Assembly: GCA_965223795.1 (NCBI GenBank) | Contig: CBDCXL010000002.1 | Coordinates: forward strand, 1,824,001-1,888,000 | Length of the DNA: 64,000 nt | Direction: 5' to 3' | Source: Nitrospinales bacterium | GTDB taxonomy: Bacteria; Nitrospinota; Nitrospinia; Nitrospinales; VA-1 | Part shown: positions 59,717 to 64,000 of the stretch, one piece after another | Layout: each line of letters starts with the position of its first letter | Position numbering within the stretch: position 1 is the stretch's first letter | The notes under the pieces: generated by a model | Databases searched by the model: none | What the model saw: the letters and a program-made list of their open reading frames with translations, nothing else | What the model was told of the DNA's origin: nothing | Made by a program: the position numbers and the translations under genes

Positions 59717-60358
59717 ATGAGGGTGATTTTATTAGGTCCGCCGGGTGCGGGGAAGGGCACTCAGGCGAAGATGCTGAAGGAAAAGTTTCAGATTCCTCAG
59801 ATCTCAACAGGGGATATTCTGAGGAATGCGGTGAAAAACGGCACGCCGCTCGGAGCCAAAGCAAAATCGTATATGGATGCCGGCAGGCTGGTTCCCGACG
59901 ACGTTGTCATCGAACTTATAAAAGAACGCATCAAGGATCCGGATTGCAAGGACGGATTCATCCTCGACGGATTTCCGAGGACGATCGTTCAGGCCGAAAA
60001 ACTGGCTGAGACCGTGCAGGAGATGGGGCTCACCATCGACACGGTGATCGATTTTGAGGTCGACGCGGATGTGTTGATCGACCGCCTCACCGGCAGAAGC
60101 ACCTGCCCCAACTGCGGGGCCATGTTTCATTCGGAGTCACGGCCGCCGAAAAACAAGGGCGTCTGCGATTTTTGCGGTACCGCGCTGTACCAGAGGCCCG
60201 ACGACAATAAGGACACGATTCTCAAACGGCTTGAGGTTTACGAAAAGGAAACCGCTCCCCTGAAGGATTTTTACAAGAAGCAGGGTAACCTCAAGACGCT
60301 GGAGGGTCGGGGGTCAGCGGAGGCCATTTTTTCCCAGGTTTGTTCTATGGTGTCTTGA
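59717..60358 (+). CDS. adk: Adenylate kinase with Zn-binding LID
   Basis: GPPGAGKGT, LDGFPR, CPNC...CDFC. Confidence 0.99.
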   Translation: MRVILLGPPGAGKGTQAKMLKEKFQIPQISTGDILRNAVKNGTPLGAKAKSYMDAGRLVPDDVVIELIKERIKDPDCKDGFILDGFPRTIVQAEKLAETVQEMGLTIDTVIDFEVDADVLIDRLTGRSTCPNCGAMFHSESRPPKNKGVCDFCGTALYQRPDDNKDTILKRLEVYEKETAPLKDFYKKQGNLKTLEGRGSAEAIFSQVCSMVS

Positions 60359-60462
60359 GGGCGTCTAATAAAAATTGCGTTTGGCCACGAGGACCCCTTA
60401 TGAAATAAGGGGGACGAGTTGCCAGCCCAAGAAATATTGAACAATTAGAAGTTCCTTTAAAT

Positions 60463-60681
60463 ATGTCAAAAGAAGAATCGATCGAAGTCGAAGGAACGGT
60501 GTTGGAGCCTCTGCCCAATGCCATGTTCCGGGTGGAGCTTGAAAACGGTCATAAAATTCTGGCCCACATTTCAGGCAAGATGCGGCTGCATTTCATCCGC
60601 ATCCTGTCCGGGGACAAGGTGAAAGTGCAGCTTTCCCCCTACGACCTCACCCGGGGACGGATCACATACCGTTACAAATAA
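60463..60681 (+). CDS. infA: Translation initiation factor IF-1
   Basis: [25 protein letters not shown]. Confidence 0.99.
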   Translation: MSKEESIEVEGTVLEPLPNAMFRVELENGHKILAHISGKMRLHFIRILSGDKVKVQLSPYDLTRGRITYRYK

Positions 60682-60744
60682 GGGCCGCGCATCCCCGCAT
60701 GCATCGCGGGCACGCGCTATCCCTCATTGAGTGAGACTTGAACA

Positions 60745-60858
60745 ATGAAAGTCAGAGCATCGGTCAAACCGATATGCATGAAATGCAAAGTGATACGAAG
60801 GCGCGGGGTGGTGCGCGTGATTTGCGAGAACCCCAAGCACAAGCAGCGCCAGGGATGA
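60745..60858 (+). CDS. rpmJ: 50S ribosomal protein L36
   Basis: Read manually: [37 protein letters not shown]. Confidence 0.98.
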   Translation: MKVRASVKPICMKCKVIRRRGVVRVICENPKHKQRQG

Positions 60859-60920
60859 ACGCCGAAGCCCCCCGGGTTTCGGTCTTATGATGTTTTTCGT
60901 AAACAGTTGAAGGAGAGACG

Positions 60921-61295
60921 GTGGCACGCATTGCGGGAGTCGACATTCCAAAAGACAAGCGGGCTGTGATCGCGTTGACCTACATCTACGGCATCGGCAA
61001 ATCCACAGCGGGAGACATTCTGAAAAAAGCCGATGTGTCGCAGGAGATCCGGATGAAGGATCTGACGGAAGACGAAGTCTCGCGCATCCGCTCCATCATC
61101 GACAAGGAATACGAGGTGGAGGGGGATCTCAGGCGCGATTTGAACATGAGCATCAAACGGCTGATGGACATCGGAAGCTACCGGGGGCTGCGGCACCGCA
61201 AGGGGCTGCCGGTGCGCGGTCAGCGTTCCCATACCAACGCCAGAACCCGCAAGGGGCCGAAAAAGACCGTGGGATCGCGGGCGGCGAAAAAATAA
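60921..61295 (+). CDS. rpsM: 30S ribosomal protein S13
   Basis: ARIAGVD, YRGLRH, PVRGQR. Confidence 0.99.
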   Translation: MARIAGVDIPKDKRAVIALTYIYGIGKSTAGDILKKADVSQEIRMKDLTEDEVSRIRSIIDKEYEVEGDLRRDLNMSIKRLMDIGSYRGLRHRKGLPVRGQRSHTNARTRKGPKKTVGSRAAKK

Positions 61296-61314
61296 ACTTT
61301 GAGGACACACATTC

Positions 61315-61713
61315 ATGGCGGATAAAGGCAAAGCGGGTCGATCTGGAAAAAAGAAACAAAAGAGCGCTCCTGAAACAGGAGTCGCGCATATCCAGGCCAC
61401 GTTCAACAACACCATCGTCACCATCAGCGACACGTCGGGAAACGTCATCGCCTGGTCCAGCGCCGGCGCCCAGGGGTTCAAGGGGTCGCGCAAGAGTACG
61501 CCGTTCGCGGCGCAGGTGGCTGCCGACAAGGTGGCGCAGAAGGCCAAGGACATGGGCATGCGCAAACTGGAAGTGCACGTGAAAGGCCCCGGTTCCGGCC
61601 GGGAATCCGCCATTCGCTCTTTGCAGGCCGCGGGAATGGAGATCATCGTGATCCGGGACAAGACTCCCATTCCGCACAATGGCTGCCGTCCCCGAAAACG
61701 GAGACGGGTTTGA
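61315..61713 (+). CDS. rpsK: 30S ribosomal protein S11
   Basis: [23 protein letters not shown]. Confidence 0.99.
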   Translation: MADKGKAGRSGKKKQKSAPETGVAHIQATFNNTIVTISDTSGNVIAWSSAGAQGFKGSRKSTPFAAQVAADKVAQKAKDMGMRKLEVHVKGPGSGRESAIRSLQAAGMEIIVIRDKTPIPHNGCRPRKRRRV

Positions 61714-61754
61714 TCTTTCATCATATTTTAAATTATTAAATCGGGAGAAATCAC

Positions 61755-62381
61755 TTGGCAAGGTATACGGGTTCGGTTTGTCGGTTGTGCCGAAGGGAAG
61801 GGATCAAGCTTTTTTTGAAGGGTTCGCGTTGCGAATCCGCCAAATGCGCCATCGACAAACGGGCGTACGTTCCCGGCCAGCACGGTCAGGGAAGGAAAAA
61901 GTTTTCCGAATACGGCGTCCAGCTTCGAGAGAAACAAAAGGTGAAGCGTTTTTACGGCGTGCTGGAAAAACAATTCCGGATCTACTTCGCCGCGGCCGAG
62001 CGCAAAAAGGGCGTCACCGGCGAGAACCTTCTGCAGAACCTGGAGCTGAGACTGGACAACGTGGTCTACCGCATGGGGCTGGGTGCATCCCGCAATGCGG
62101 CCCGACAGCTGGTGCGGCACAATCATTTCACCGTCAATGGAAAGCGGGTCAACATTCCCTCCTACATTCTCAAACAGGGGGACGTGATCGCCCCGAACGA
62201 GAGAAAACTTTCCAAAGCCCCCATCAAGGCGGCGCTGGAAAGGATGAAGGACAAGACGCTCCCGCATTGGCTTTCTTTCGATACCGACAGCAAGCAGGGT
62301 ATCGTGCAGTCTTTACCGACGCGAGAAGACATCACCATTCCTATAGAAGAGCAGTTGATCGTCGAGCTGTATTCTCGCTGA
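61755..62381 (+). CDS. rpsD: 30S ribosomal protein S4 (Zn-binding type)
   Basis: [35 protein letters not shown] start. Confidence 0.99.
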   Translation: MARYTGSVCRLCRREGIKLFLKGSRCESAKCAIDKRAYVPGQHGQGRKKFSEYGVQLREKQKVKRFYGVLEKQFRIYFAAAERKKGVTGENLLQNLELRLDNVVYRMGLGASRNAARQLVRHNHFTVNGKRVNIPSYILKQGDVIAPNERKLSKAPIKAALERMKDKTLPHWLSFDTDSKQGIVQSLPTREDITIPIEEQLIVELYSR

Positions 62382-62461
62382 CCGTCATTCGCATTCAGCA
62401 GGTTTATCGTTAATAACACTATTATTAATGGTTCCTCGATAAAGAAATCACCGGAGGCTTC

Positions 62462-63490
62462 ATGTTCACAGCCCAGGGAATTGTCAAACCCAAGCGACTG
62501 GAATTCGACAAAAAAAATAAAACTTCATTTTACGGGAAATTTGTGGCCGGTCCGTTCGAACGCGGATACGGCGTGACCATCGGAAATTCTCTGAGAAGGA
62601 TGCTGCTTTCCTCCATCGAGGGGGCGGCGATCGTGGGGGTCAAGTTCGAAGGCATCTACCACGAGTTTTCATCGGTTCCCGGCGTCATTGAGGACGTGAC
62701 GGAAATCATCCTCAATCTCAAACAGGTCAACCTGCGCCTGTCCGGTGAAGCGGCGGAGAAGCGGATCTATCTCAAGAAGGAAACGCCCGGCAAGGTGACG
62801 GCGGCGGACATCACGGCGGATCCGGATGTGGAAATCCTCAATCAGGATCACTACATCGCGACCATCGACCAGAACGGTTCCCTGAACATGGAGATGATCG
62901 TGCAGAAAGGCCGCGGCTACGTTCCGGCGGAGCGGCAGGGGCTGGACGACGAGGCGGTGCAGATGATTCCGATGGACGCGATCTATTCCCCCATCGAGAA
63001 AGTCAGCTATCATGTCGAGAACACGCGCGTCGGCCAGTCGACCGATTACGACCAGCTGGTCATGGAGCTTTGGACCAACGGCGGGATCACGCCGGACGAT
63101 GCGGTGGCGCACGCGGCCAAGATCGTCAAGGACCACATGCAGATCTTCATCAATTTCGATGAAGAGCCGGAACCGGTGCAGCCGCAGATCGACGAGAAAA
63201 AGCAGAAAATGCTCAGCAACATGGCGAAGTGCGTGGAGGAACTGGAGCTTTCCGTGCGGTCTTACAACTGCCTCAAAAACGCAAACATCCAGACCATCGC
63301 CGAGCTGGTGCAAAAGACCGATTCGGAAATGCTCAAAACGCGCAACTTCGGCCGCAAATCGCTGAATGAGATCAAGGAGATCCTGGAAGACATGGGATTG
63401 TACCTGGGCATGAAGGTCGATGAGGAGGATCTCAAGCAGATCAGCCAGGCCAGAAAGAAAAAGGAAATCGAAACGGATATCGTGGGCTGA
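62462..63490 (+). CDS. rpoA: DNA-directed RNA polymerase alpha subunit
   Basis: [32 protein letters not shown]. Confidence 0.99.
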   Translation: MFTAQGIVKPKRLEFDKKNKTSFYGKFVAGPFERGYGVTIGNSLRRMLLSSIEGAAIVGVKFEGIYHEFSSVPGVIEDVTEIILNLKQVNLRLSGEAAEKRIYLKKETPGKVTAADITADPDVEILNQDHYIATIDQNGSLNMEMIVQKGRGYVPAERQGLDDEAVQMIPMDAIYSPIEKVSYHVENTRVGQSTDYDQLVMELWTNGGITPDDAVAHAAKIVKDHMQIFINFDEEPEPVQPQIDEKKQKMLSNMAKCVEELELSVRSYNCLKNANIQTIAELVQKTDSEMLKTRNFGRKSLNEIKEILEDMGLYLGMKVDEEDLKQISQARKKKEIETDIVG

Positions 63491-63530
63491 CTCCGGTATC
63501 CCGCACTCTTATCAGGAAAGCCACTGACTT

Positions 63531-64000
63531 ATGCGTCATTTGAAAGCCGGCAGGAAATTCGGCAGGACCACCGCGCACCGCAAGGCACTGTTTCGCAATA
63601 TGGTGACCGCTCTGCTTGAGCGGGAGAGAATCCGCACCACGCTGCCCAAAGCCAAGGAACTGCGCAGTAAGGTGGAAAAAACCATCACGCTCGGCAAGAA
63701 GGGCACGCTGCATGCGCGTCGGATGGCGTTTCGCACTGTGAGCGACAAAGCGGTGGTGCAGAAGCTGTTCGGTCCGCTGGCGGAGCGTTACGCCAAGCGC
63801 AACGGCGGCTACACGCGTATCATCCGCCTGGGGAACCGGATGGGCGACGACGCGCCGATGGCTTTCATCGAGCTTGTGGGTGAAGACGAGCCTGCGGTGA
63901 AGGAAACCAAACCCAAGGCAAAAGCCAAGGCGAAACCCAAAAAGGAATCCGAAGCCGCTCCCAAGCAAGCGAAAACGGCGAAGAAAAAAGAGACCGAGGC
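63531..64000 (+). CDS. rplQ: 50S ribosomal protein L17, 3'-truncated by window edge
   Basis: [29 protein letters not shown]; no stop before window end. Confidence 0.98.
   Translation, partial: MRHLKAGRKFGRTTAHRKALFRNMVTALLERERIRTTLPKAKELRSKVEKTITLGKKGTLHARRMAFRTVSDKAVVQKLFGPLAERYAKRNGGYTRIIRLGNRMGDDAPMAFIELVGEDEPAVKETKPKAKAKAKPKKESEAAPKQAKTAKKKETE

Overview
GC-rich chromosomal window from a Gram-negative (LPS-making) bacterium. Protein style and gene content suggest a Nitrospinota- or deltaproteobacteria-like lineage; this is inference, not verified. The left half (1-32 kb) mixes housekeeping and accessory genes: the nadB 3' end, ftsK, a retropepsin-like protease, an SGNH hydrolase beside an acyltransferase, gamma-CA, a purine phosphorylase and a CDF transporter. 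A signalling/accessory patch follows (pseudo-receiver, tandem-repeat di-heme protein, two SAM methyltransferases, GNAT-like protein, MscS-like protein, receiver plus Hpt). After it come rpsT, holA-lptE-leuS, putP, two tandem Kdo transferases divergent from lpxK, an amidohydrolase and tdh-kbl. The right half (32.6-64 kb) is one uninterrupted + strand translation/transcription supercluster: 5 tRNAs, rpmG-secE-nusG-rplKAJL-rpoBC, then the str, S10, spc and alpha operons, lacking rpmD, map and a second tuf. I found no CRISPR array, mobile element or rRNA. Most notable: (1) RpoB carries an N-terminal 4-Cys insertion that aligns gap-free with the RpoC zinc-binding domain, plus an extra repeat module; (2) a terminator-like hairpin starts right after the rpsJ stop codon; (3) the Kdo transferases are duplicated and diverged; (4) a GGA-rich, terminator-capped intergenic region is a candidate sRNA. 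I could not establish a complete new multi-gene system from sequence alone.
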